Source: Lytechinus pictus
Lineage: Eukaryota
Direction of reading: 5' to 3'
NCBI RefSeq assembly: GCF_037042905.1
Contig: NC_087248.1
Span: 22,940,001 to 23,004,000, forward strand
DNA length: 64,000 nucleotides
The translations under genes were made by a program, and so were the position numbers. The notes beneath the pieces are model-generated. The model did no database searches and was not told the origin of the DNA. It was given only the letters and a program-made list of their open reading frames with translations. Shown in pieces: positions 49,901-60,915 of this stretch. Every line of letters starts with the position of its first letter. Positions within the stretch are counted from its first letter, which is position 1.

Positions 49901-50521
49901 GACCCCATGCACCTCATCGCGAGCAGAAAATGTGCCGACCTGTCGTAATAGTAGTTAGAAAAGAGATACTGTTTCTTTCTTATTCCCTCTTCTATTTTTC
50001 TCCGCCCCCTTTTTTATGGGAGGGGTGAAAATTTATTTTTCCTCTCCACCATTTTTTTTATGGGGACGGGGGGGGGGGGGGTTGGGGGGCTATTCCCCCA
50101 GCCTCCCAGCTTCCGGTGCCCATGGTATAAGATAGCAATATTGTTGTTTGTTTCAGGTGTTATCTACCTGTTTGCCAAGGCTTTCCTGCTCTGGAAGGAC
50201 CCCATGCACCTCATCGCGAGCAGAAAATGTGCCGACCTGACGTGGCAGAAAGGGCTCCTCAGGAAAGGCCCCGGTATCTGCCACGGCATCACCGGCAACG
50301 GCTACGTCTTCCTACTCACCTACCGCCTGACCGGGGATTGCAAGTTCATCCACAGAGCCCTGCAGTTCTCCGAGTTCATGCAGACGGAGGAGTTTGTGAA
50401 GGGGGCGAGGTGTCCGGACGCTCCGTTAAGTTTGTTCGAGGGCTGGGCTGGTGCAGTTTGCTTTCTCACTGATCTTCTTCAGCCGCATAATGCAGAGTTT
50501 CCCTTCTTTGATGTGTTCTAA
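40505..50521 (+). CDS. LANCL3: LanC-like protein 3; whole gene, 5 coding exons, ~419 aa
   Basis: Motifs RYFEN, GGVYVGIAG, SDEVLVGRAGYL, PLMYAYYQTEYLGAAHG, LVHWCHGAPG, KGPGICHG, SLFEG and AEFPFF. Exons sum to 1260 nt in frame. Confidence 0.92.
41932..42063. mobile_element. ~130-bp hairpin element
   Basis: Imperfect palindrome; same family as 63290-63417 in the opposite orientation. Confidence 0.7.
42322..42535. repeat. (CAATTA)n-rich element end with a 33-bp tandem duplication
   Basis: cagggttgggctcaatta start followed by repeated caattacaatt. Confidence 0.7.
42748..43542. mobile_element. TA-flanked non-autonomous DNA element
   Basis: tactgtacaagctgttattttcg / cgaaaataacagctcatacagta. Confidence 0.6.
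43873..44664. mobile_element. Second copy of the CCCGGG-ended element, 8-bp TSD atattgag
   Basis: High similarity to 7706-8356, with an extra internal subrepeat. Confidence 0.9.
46215..46344 (+). CDS. LANCL3: LANCL3 exon 2 (YAGLAGICCQPGDYLGCGSDEVLVGRAGYLCG...)
   Basis: gcag/gtcagt; phases 2/0. Confidence 0.93.
46672..46945 (+). mobile_element. tRNA-derived SINE (degenerate)
   Basis: A/B-box-like head; body homologous to 49265-49558. Confidence 0.7.
47959..48082 (+). CDS. LANCL3: LANCL3 exon 3 (VLSDEVTFMICRAIVDSG...YQTEYL)
   Basis: ttag/gtaggt; phases 0/1. Confidence 0.92.
48110..48400. other. Assembly gap, followed by a GAA/GGA purine repeat to ~48580
   Basis: Run of N in LANCL3 intron 3. 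Confidence 1.
49008..49223 (+). CDS. LANCL3: LANCL3 exon 4 (AAHGLSGIVQML...LVHWCHGAP)
   Basis: GAAHG and WCHG motifs; ttag/gtaaat. Confidence 0.94.
49265..49558 (+). mobile_element. tRNA-derived SINE, full length
   Basis: A box tggcccagtgg, B box ggttcaaatccc, central cagcaagaaatt...ctcaacccaggtg...tgggtacc and an (ATT)n tail. Fragments at ~25720-25850 and ~53060-53135 on the minus strand. Confidence 0.85.
49860..49948 (+). pseudogene. Truncated duplicate of the start of LANCL3 exon 5
   Basis: Part of a ~298-bp tandem duplication (49643-49940 / 49941-50238); reads VIYLFAK...CADLS then TAA. Confidence 0.75.
50157..50521 (+). CDS. LANCL3: LANCL3 terminal exon 5 (VIYLFAKA...GICHG...FPFFDVF*)
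   Basis: tttcag acceptor; CHG zinc motif; TAA stop. Confidence 0.94.
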
Positions 50522-50759
50522 TGATCTCTAATAACCATGAAAAGTGTCAGTATACGGAGGTCCTTAACCTGTTGGAGAGTGGGTGTATATGAAATATGTG
50601 TATTATTGCATTATTATCTGGTCTCCAGGTCTCCAATGGGTTAATAATCTTGAATGACAAGTCAGCCAAAACAACTTGATTTTAATGAATCATGTCAAAT
50701 CAAACAAGCATAGCATTATTCATAAAGAGAATTTCATTAAAATCAGATGTAGTTTGTAA

Positions 50760-51316
50760 CAGTAATCAGGTATTACTGAACATCCTGCATGAGTTTCAGG
50801 TCACATGACCAAGGTCAAAGGTCATTTTGGGTCAATGAACTTAGACCATTTCGGGGGAATAAACATTGATATCTTAACATACGGTTAATTTTTTTGGGGA
50901 ATGTCATCATAAGTATTTGGACCTAGTTCATGAAACTTAGACATAAGGGTATTGAAGTATCAGTGAAATTCCTGCATGAGTTTCTGGTCACATGATCAAG
51001 GTCAAAGGTCATTTAAGGTTAATGAACTTTGGCCAGATTGGGGGTATTCATTGAATTGCCATCATAACTTTAAAAGCTTATGGATATAGTTCTTGAAATG
51101 TTGACATAGGGGTAATGAAGTATCACTGATCATCTTGCACAAGTCTTAGGTCACATGATTAAGGTCAAATGTCATTTAGGGTCGATGAACAGAGTATTTT
51201 ATTATATGAATGGTGTTTTTTGTGAATTATTATTCTATAGTCGCTTCCAAAGTCAGCACTGCTGCTATATTGAATCGCGCAATGCAGGCGAGACTGCTAG
51301 AGGCGCTCCACTTGTT
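50760..51316 (-). mobile_element. Helentron/DINE-1-like element, reverse copy of the 26194 family
   Basis: caaggtcaaaggtc units; terminus atgcaggcgagactgctagaggcgctccacttgt. Confidence 0.8.
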
Positions 51317-52421
51317 TTAATAGGGGGTGCTGGCTTGGAAGAAAAATTTGACATGCCAAAAAAAAAAAAGGTTTTCACAACAAAATGAAGGTGATTTTGG
51401 TTATATTTCTCCTTTTTAGCATACCACCCTGAATTCCAGGGGGTGCTACCTATGGTGTATGGCCTATGTGTAACATCCGCAGTACCCCCAAACAAATCTT
51501 TGGGGAGGGGAGGGGGGAGGGGCTGAATCAACCAAACCACCCCTGCTTCCCAGGGGGGGGGGGGGCTGTCACAAATGGACAACTTAGTCAGAGTGTGCCG
51601 ATGTACATATGTACTGTATGAGTTGCCAGCCGTTTTTGTCTTCTTATCCCATTTCTTTAATATCAAGCACAAATTATCAAACATAATATATATCAAGAAT
51701 TCAAATTATTTATGTTGTTAACAAAAGGCAATTCTTTAAAGGACAAGTCCACCCTAACGAAAAGTTGATTTGAATAAAAAGAAAAATCCTATGAAAGCCC
51801 CTCTAGTGTTATGCTTAAAACAAGTCTGAAATATTCTAATTTTCTCATCATTGTCATGTGAAACACAGTTTAATTCTTCCCTGACCATGTGGTATTGCCA
51901 TTCAATGTTTAAACATTTTATGGTGAAGTCAAGTCGGTCCTTATTGTAAAATCTGGAAAAATTTGAAATATTGTATAATTCAAACAATAAAAACAAAAGA
52001 AATAGTGAGTGATGGACATCATGGACTCTCTCATTTACAGGTCACTGAGTTGTGCATTTAACTGTTTTGTGCAATTAACTGTTTTGTGCAAAAGTAAGAT
52101 AATTTTTAACATGTCATAACTTTCTTGTTTTACATCCGATTTTGATGAAAATGTCCGCATTATGCTTGTTTGATTTCTCTCTATTGATTCAAATGAACAT
52201 TTTTATGGAATGGATAATATGTTGGTATATGCTGGCAAAAATGTTCAGGTGTGAAAGCCCCTATAGTGTTATGCTTGTCTGAATTTTTTATTTTCCATTC
52301 AAGTCAACTGGTTCATCTCGATGTACAGTTTTGGCTTGTCATTTATGAGCTAGTATGGGGACTATCATCTTGTTATACAAGTTCTCCGTATACTGATTTT
52401 CTTTATAAATGTACGTGACAA

Positions 52422-52792
52422 GTAGGGGCGACAATTTCTCAAGAAAAGTAAAATAGAAAATTGACGGAAATGGAACAAATTGCCATTTTAACCAAGTCTT
52501 TTGAAAAAAAATACCATTTTATAAATAGAAATAAACCCAAATCAACCATCCTGTTATATTTTCAAGCTGTTGAAAAAAAAAGAACCTATGGTTGACCCAA
52601 TTATTTCAGTCTTCATTCTAGCTAACGTATGTGTAAATCACATGTCAATTCAATTTTTCCACTAGCATTTGCAGAAAGAATTTGGTAAAACACAAATTTT
52701 AGGTTTTTCTTGTGAAAATAGATTTTAAACTAATGCTTTTCTGGAATGTTTGAAAAGATGACATTCTTTTGATTGGATAATTGTCACCCCTA
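52422..52792. mobile_element. MITE (taggggcgacaatt...aattgtcaccccta)
   Basis: Terminal inverted repeats with TA flanks. Confidence 0.6.
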
Positions 52793-53316
52793 TAAATGTA
52801 GATATAATTGTTGGTTTTTCTTATTTAACTAGCTAGCAAGTTGATGATCATCAGTACAAATTCACAACTCTGAAAGATGTCCTTGGAGATTACTGAAAGT
52901 CAGGATTCTTGATTGATTTTTCTCTCCATAATTAAAATTATTTTTCAAGCTGTTTGTAAGCTTGTATTTATGATAATGACAATAATAATATGCAACATTT
53001 ATATAGTGATTACTACAAATGTTTCTAAGCACTTGATATTGTTACCCTTACCCTAACTTTAGCTTGGCTACCCTGACCAGACGCCTGAGGAATCTAGGAA
53101 TTCCTTCCTACCAGGTACCCCTTCACTACACCAGGTTTATTTTTTTACAAAGATTTAAGTATGAATAGGAGTCGCACTTAAATGCCTAGTTGTGCTGTAC
53201 AAAAAGCATGACCGCATTGGTCAGATCATGCCAATCGGACATGCACAAATAAGTATTGATCAATAAGATTACGCGTTTCATACATGTACGCGTCTTCCTT
53301 TAAGTAGGACTCTAAG

Positions 53317-53430
53317 CAGTAGCGTACCGTGAGCCGGAGGAGACAAAGCATTGGGGGGGCACTGCATTGTCTGTGAACAATGCAGTGCCCCCTCAATGCT
53401 TTGTCTCCTCCGGCTCACGGTACGCTACTG
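53317..53430. mobile_element. 114-bp hAT-like hairpin MITE with 8-bp TSD actctaag
   Basis: Near-perfect palindrome cagtagcgtac...gtacgctactg; TSD at 53309-53316 and 53431-53438. Confidence 0.9.
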
Positions 53431-53997
53431 ACTCTAAGTCATACTTAAATCTTTGTGAAACACCCCCCTGGTTGGAGAGTGGCAAATGTATAAAAACTCC
53501 TAGCCGAAATTAACTTTGTAACAATCAAAGATATCGTGTCCATGTCTGATGTCGCCATTGTGTAGTGCTAAGCAAAATGGCGTTTGTAGTGCCATTGCGG
53601 GGGTGTGAAGCGTTCTATTTCAAATTTAATGACATTACCAACTCACCAATCAAACCAATAATCCCGCCAATGCCAGCATTATTTTTCTCACCAGGTGGGT
53701 GTTTCATATAGCTGTTCGTAAGTTAAGAGTTACTTTAAGGACTGGTGATCCTTTCTTACACGCTAAATAATCACCAATTGTGATGTAATGGTGAATATCA
53801 TTTACCACAAGAAAAGGATTACCAGTCGTTCTTAAAGTCACTCTTAATTTACGAACAGCTTTATGAAAGAGGCCTCAGAACAGAAGTAGTTTCTCACAAT
53901 ATATGCAGGGGTGGGCCGGTGGCACCATAGGGGACGTCTTGGCCATGTTGCTCTATAATTGAGAAAAAATGTGACCGTACCTTTAGGATTGTCTCCC

Positions 53998-54209
53998 GGT
54001 TCCATGACATTTGCTCTGGCGACAATTTCTCCGCTGCAAATTCCACACGTTAATGGAATGACCAACTTCAACCCTGGATTTAACACTATAATACCGTATC
54101 CTAAACCGAACATAAAACCCTATTTCAACCTTAACGGTAACCCTATCCCTATATCTTAGACGAAATAAAGTCTGAAGCAATTGTCGCCAGAGCAGACGTT
54201 GTGTCACCT
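53998..54209. mobile_element. MITE with internal cctaaacc-type repeats
   Basis: tgctctggcgacaatt / aattgtcgccagagca. Confidence 0.7.
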
Positions 54210-56062
54210 GTCTCCCATCCCCCCCCCCCCCTTTATCAAAATAACCAGGCATGGCCCCTGAATATATATTGTGGATATATATTGTGGTCATTTAGAGTAT
54301 TAAAGTGAATCAAACAATGCTAGCTAGTATGATATTACATATTTGATGTGAATAAGTGCAACCAGGTCCATAGCAACATGTTGCTGGAATTTAGGTTTAT
54401 CAGCTTTACAGTAGACAATTGAATTGCAAATTGTTGGGTTTACGATTATTTATTCTATTTACTACCGTAGCTATTTTGAATACTAGTATCATTAGGTTCA
54501 GTTTATGTTTGTTTGAAATTTCCACGGTATTCAAATTATATCATATCTTTTGGTGAAATCCTTTGATTTGTGCCATATCCAAGCTGTCCGTGACATAGCA
54601 TTAAGGTACTATGATGCATTGTGTTGTACAAGACAATCCTTTTCCTTTTGAAAGTGGCAAAATTTACACAATCAACTCATAATTCTGAATATTTTTTTCT
54701 CATCGACTGTCTTTTTGGCTATTCCTGCTTATCATATTTATGTGTAAATAATACTAAAACAATAGGTATGTTGCATTTCAAAACTATATCAGTTATTTTT
54801 CTGACCATGTAAATTAAAAGATATTTCCAGACTTCCAGTACTCTTCAACCATTGAAGTAATGAACTTCTGTCATTTTAAACAACCAAAAGAACTGAATTC
54901 TTGAAGTGAATATATAATGATGCAAATATTTAATGAAATAAAGCTGGAATGTTGCATATTGTGTACAGTGAAAATGTATTTAAAAGATGACTTTGAAACT
55001 TTCAAAGTTACATGTTAATGGTAATTTTGATATAGGGTTTCATAAATAGAGTTTAAAGACGTAGGATTAGAAATGTATAATATTAGTTGATCTTTCATGA
55101 TCTAATTCTATAAAAGTTAAACATTGAATCATATAGTTACATGTACATTTATTTGAGATACAGGTAACTATCAACATATTCCTTTCCATTTACATTTGGA
55201 AAAATATGTAATCATAACTTTTTTCAAGAGGGGTATCATCTTATATATCTTTTATGAGCTGGAGTTCAGGGCCCCTTCATACAAAGAGTTGTGATTAATC
55301 CAATCAATCACAAATTTCAAAAGCCAGCAATGGCCACATCTAAAGTGCATGTTTTTTTGTTCAAAATATTTTCTAGATATAATGTATTCTCATACATTCA
55401 CCATTGTCTTGAGAATTCAGTGTGCTTCAAATGTTTGTTTATGTCATTGCACTTCAGGCAAATTATTGGTTTTTAAAAAGTATGACAATGATGGATTTCC
55501 GTATAGTTGGGGTCGATCGAATCAATCGCAACTCTTTGTAAGACCCCTGGTCTGTGTATTCTTTTGTATTTGTATATTGTAAAAATTATAGATATACTTG
55601 GTGCTCATTTTTTCTGAGGAATGCCCTTTATGTCTTCTCAATTTGTATTTGTAGTACTTAATTTCCTTAATTGTTACACACGGGCGTCGGAGCAGAGGAT
55701 GATCTTTTGTATTGGGGGGGAGGGATGTAACAATAGATGTCCCCCGGCTCCCATGAACATAGGTTAATCCTTTGTACCGATGCCGATGGCTACACAAATT
55801 GTCAAAGGTCATCCATGTAGCGCAATACAACAGTACAAAACCCAATATACCATAAAAGGAATGGTCTGAATTTGAACAAATTTCTTGCGGTATTTTTAGG
55901 TCTTTTCACTCTCTTTTTTTCTAATCAACTTTTTGTTTGGATGGACTTGGCCTTTAAAAAATCTTGAAAGTATTCTCCTGAAAGGTATTTAAAGAGCGCT
56001 TCCATACTTGCCAGGGTGGAATTGATTGAGTATGGTAAACACTTGAGACGTCTTGAAGCATT

Positions 56063-56470
56063 TAGGCCTTAATTTACAAAGGTGGTTTCTACAACGATCG
56101 GTTGAACCCATGGTTTATGCAGAATTCCTGTATAAATAACGCTTAATTTACCGCGTATACTTAAAAGTGTCAAATACTGATGGGCGACTTTTTCACATTG
56201 CGCCTAATTGATGTCTGTTGCCATGGTTAAGTACGCCATTTTATTCATGAGTCCACTTTTTAAAGAGTGAAAAGCAGTGGACTCATGAATGAATTAGCAT
56301 ACGTAACCATGGCAAAAGGCATCAATTTTGAGCAATGTGACAAGAGCGCGCATCAGTATTGGACACTTTTCAGTATACGCGGTAAATAGGCGTAATGTAT
56401 ACAGGAAATCTACATAAATCACGAGTTCAACCAATGGATTTAAAAACCACCTTTGTGACTTCGGACCTTA
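56063..56470. mobile_element. Long-hairpin Harbinger-like MITE
   Basis: ~200-bp arms (acaaaggtggttt / aaaccacctttgt; tttaccgcgtatac / gtatacgcggtaaa). Confidence 0.75.
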
Positions 56471-56479
56471 GTGTTTCAT

Positions 56480-56935
56480 ATGTGACCTGCCACCCCAAAC
56501 CAACAATAAGTCGCCCAAAGGTAATTTTGAGATCTTAATTCTGTAGCTTTACAATGATATATAACTTGTCAGAGTTGATGAACAATTACCCACTCAAGTA
56601 CTTGATTGAATGCAGAATAAATTCAGTGAAAGCTCAAAAAAATAGGGAGAAAAGAGGGTTTGAAGTTTGGGGTTCACCAAAGCATGAGAGGCGCCATTGT
56701 GCAATCTCAGTGAAACTTCCAAGTAGTCAACAAAAAATGGTGTAAAAAAAATTTTGTATCTTGTCTTTTATTCAAATTAACATCTTCAAACTTTGACAGT
56801 ATGAAGAAGAGGAATTACTTTTTTAGATGAGATTAGATTTTTTTATTTATTCAAAAAAAAAAAATTATTACTACTTTGGCCATTTACAGAGAACCTTCCT
56901 GGGCGACTTATTGCATTTGAGATGTCTAGTCACAT
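56480..56935. mobile_element. MITE
   Basis: atgtgac...caataagtcgccca / tgggcgacttattg...gtcacat. Confidence 0.6.
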
Positions 56936-58298
56936 GTTTTTTAGACTGAACGTGCCCACCAATATGCATTATTATGTGTGTAACGTTAATATCTGTTCAT
57001 TCACATTGCCCTCTTTTGTTTCCTGAAAGTGTTACAGTATAAAGTGTGCACAATAATTTATACCGAGACTAAACATGGTTTGTTTCCTGAATAAGAACCG
57101 TGTTTTTGGCAGTTAGATTTAAATAAGTATTAATGTTCATACAAAGAACGATTTGAACTTTTCTCTCCTTATTTCAAACGTTGCTATTAACTGAAAATTA
57201 TTAATGATAAATAATTTATTCATTCACCTTTTTGAAATAGTTAATAGTAGTGTTCCAATAAGGAGAGAATTGTAATTATGATCTGTATTTGTATGCAAAA
57301 TCTTTATATACAGTAAAAATATAGCACATTGTTTAAGCCTGTCACTCTAAGAATAAGTTGTTTAAACTCTTAACAACTTGTTTAAAAAAATTAAACAATA
57401 GTTGTTAAGGTGATGGGCTTAAGCAACATGCTTAAAATTTACACAACATTTTTTACAGTGTATTTGATGTGTAGTTTTGTTGATAATCATGATTATTATT
57501 AAGCACATTTTTTGTTAAAGAAATATTTTTTGTCGTATTCTTGTTTCTTTTGATTTTATTGTTGAATTTAAATGAGTTTTTTTTTACTAGTATAATGTTT
57601 TTTCATCTCAATTGTCATATTATTAGCTATTTTCATTTCTGTACAACTTTAGTGATCTCTTTGTATATTTTTGATTGTTTTCATAGTTGCCTGTGACATC
57701 ATATATTTTGATGTGGTGAAATAAACTGTTTTGCCAAAGGATAACTCTTATGCCATCCTGTTTGTTTTGTTAATGAGTAAAAAGTAAAGTCACACAATAT
57801 TTCAACAGGTCCTTACAAATAAAATTAAATAATAAAGTTAGATTACACTATAAAGTAAAGTATATATATTTAGTAATATTTTTTCTTACTCTCTTCCTTT
57901 TTTTTTTCTTTCTTTCTCCTTTCTTTCTTTTTTCTTTCTTTCCTTCTTTCTTTCTTACTTTCTTTTTATCTGTCATCTCATACTTTCCTTGTTCTCTCTG
58001 TTTCTTTAATTTCTTTATTTTATATCTCTCTTTCTTCCTTCCTTCATACCTTCCTTTTTTTTATTTTCTACTTTCTTAATTAGCAAACATATCGTGCAGA
58101 AGATTTGTAAACTAGAAGGAAAATGACTTAATGTATATATGCTCAATTATATATCATTCAGAGCTAGGACAAATCTGTTAGTCATAAATAGGCTCCTAAT
58201 TAAGTAGGAGGAACAGTTACTAGGGAAGAAAAGAGGTGCGAGGATATGCAATGAAAATGCAAAATTATTGAAGGAGTATTCCCGGCAGAAATCATATA

Positions 58299-59650
58299 CA
58301 GTGCGTATAAAAAAAACGGGACAGTTTTGAAAAGTCTATAAAAAAATTGTTTAAAAATATATCTATATTTTTATGTTAATAGATGCTCTGAGATCTTATT
58401 TTTGAAATGCCATTTTCAAAAATAAATTTTGTTCATGCTTGAGCGAACACGGGACGTTTTTGTCGGGGGTTCAAAAAGAGGCTTGCGCCAAAATGGCAGA
58501 AATGAGAAATTTGATGATTAGACTTTTGGCTAATAATCAGCAGACTTCCTCTTAATCTTTTCATTATCTTTGCCATAATTTTCGAATTATGCTGTCAATT
58601 TTCATTTACAAATTTATTTATTTACCTGAATTAGTTTGCTTTTCATTTAAACTTCTTTTTCCTTCATAAGTAAGAAAAGAAGACTTTTTGTCAACCCAAG
58701 TAAGAAAATTTTCATTATTAATTGGGAGAATTTGTAATTATTCAAATCCTTTTATTATGTGAAACAAATTATGTTATGGTACCTATAAAAGACAGGAATC
58801 CTATTTTCAAGGGGTTATTGAATCCTTCACCAAGTTTAATTATGTGCTTGACAGGACAAACAGGAAAGGATTCATGTCTTTCAATGGCAATGGTGTATTG
58901 AGTCAATTTTGAAGGAGCAAGATATGGCAGCTCGGGTAAAATGTATTAAAAAGTTGTGAAGCGAGCAAGCAAAAATTTCAACTTTTTTATTAAAATATCA
59001 AATGTTGTGATTTTGACATAATATTCTGAAAATCATATCATGTTTCACTTTCTATGTTTTCTGTTATTTTCCTTTCCACTTTTTTTTCTTGGTCATGATT
59101 TTTTTTTATTTGGGGGGGGGGGGAGCACCCCGAGCCCCCACCCATCAGTATGCAACTGTTCAAAGGCACCAAAACCTTTGTAGCACACAATGAAAGGATT
59201 TGAAAAAAGAAAACACGCTCTCCCATACTTCGGTTTAAACAAAAATTGTTCTTGCCTAAAGAAGGAATATTCAAAGCTAAAAGAGAACATATTAAAAAGG
59301 AACAGCAACAGAAATATTCAAGCAAATAAGTAGATTTGGAATTGAATTTTGACCGCATAATTCGGAAATTATGGCAACGATAATGAAAAGGTTAAGAGGA
59401 AGTCTGCTGATTAGCAAGAAGTCCGACCATCATATTTATCATTTTATGCCATTTTGGCGCAAGCCTCCTTCTTAACCCCGGACAAAAACATTCCGTGTTC
59501 GCTCAAGAATGAAAGAAACTAAATTATTTTAATGGCATTTGAAGGATAAGACTTCAGAGCACCTATTGACACCAAAATATAGAGATCATAATTTGAAACA
59601 AAAATTTTATAGACTTTTCAAATCTGTCCCATTTTTTTTTATACGCACTG
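58299..59650. mobile_element. Tc1/mariner-type non-autonomous element with ~290-bp TIRs and TA TSD
   Basis: ta|cagtgcgtataaaaaaaa.gggacag ... ctgtcccatttttttttatacgcactg|ta; no transposase ORF. Confidence 0.85.
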
Positions 59651-60392
59651 TATTAATAAATAGAGTAAAACACACAGCGCAAATTGCTGACATTTTATCA
59701 ACATCTAATATAGGCTTATAAGAAACTTATTGGATTTGGAAGTTTATTAATATTTTTGTGAAAACCGATGCCCTCATGAATATTCACAAGGCTAAAGTTG
59801 GCTGATGGTCATTTCCCCACTTCGCATTTTTCTTATTTATTACATGAAACAATTCTTTCATATTTTCATACATTGTGTGTACGATGTCTCCCTTCAAGCA
59901 AAATAATTATCTTATACATGTTTAATAATTTTTTAATCCATTTTTTGTTTACTCTTGGCGGAAAAAATTGAATAAATGTAATTCCATCTGAAATCACCGC
60001 TCATTGCACATTCATGAAGAAATATAACTTTCATACTCAGGGGCCGCGGAAGCGGGGGAGGGGGCTGGGGGGGCTCCCCCCCCCCCCCACTTTTTTCCAA
60101 AACCGTGTACAAAAAAAACGTAAAAATGACCATATGATTGTGATTTTTTGCATGGTCAGCCCCCCTCCCCTACTTTTGGCTCAGCCCCCACTTTGAAAAC
60201 CATTCCGCGGCCCCTGATACTATTAACTTTAATTGGTATTCATTGCCCGATTTTGAGGAAATTTTCTGTGTTTTGTTTGTCTACTTATTTTACTTTACCT
60301 GCATGCCCAAATCACTGATCTCTCCACTAACTCCACTAATAGGGGAGAGATCAGTGGTTCAAATATGTTCTGCCAAGATTACTTTTAGGCAA

Positions 60393-60915
60393 TTAAAAGT
60401 TTGAGAAAAATCGGACAAAAAATTAGAAAGTTAGGAGCATTTGAATATTGCAATCACTAATGCCATGGAGATCCTCCCATTGGCAATGCGACAAGGATGT
60501 GTGATGTCACATGTGAACAACTTTCTCTTTGATGGACTATGAAATACCCTCAAAATGTCTCTTTTTGTTTTTTCTTATGGTGATGCAAACTCTTATCCAT
60601 GACGTATTCTTTAAAAATCTGTATTACATGCCCTCCTATAGAAAGAACACATGATCTACTGATAGATGTGATAAAAGAGGCAATTTAAGTGAAATATATA
60701 CTAAAGTAATGGGGAGAGTTGTTCACAGGTGACATCACACATCTTTGTCGCATTGCCAATTTTGAGGATCTCCATACCATTAGTGATCGCAATATTCAAA
60801 TGCTCATAACTTTCTCATTATTTGTCCGATTTTTCTCAAATTTTTGTAGATCTGTTTCTTTGATTTTTCTGTTTTCACACAAGCTATTTTGTTCCAAATG
60901 TTTCATTCTCCTTTA
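60393..60915. mobile_element. Long-hairpin TTAA-ended element (Kolobok-like)
   Basis: Arms gagaaaaatcggacaaa...ttggcaatgcgacaa and their reverse complement; ends ctcctttaa. Confidence 0.7.

Noticed and set aside
12917-50521. Lanthipeptide biosynthetic cluster (kinase plus LanC cyclase)
   Set aside because: Both are ordinary spliced animal genes; there is no lyase/dehydratase, precursor peptide or transporter.
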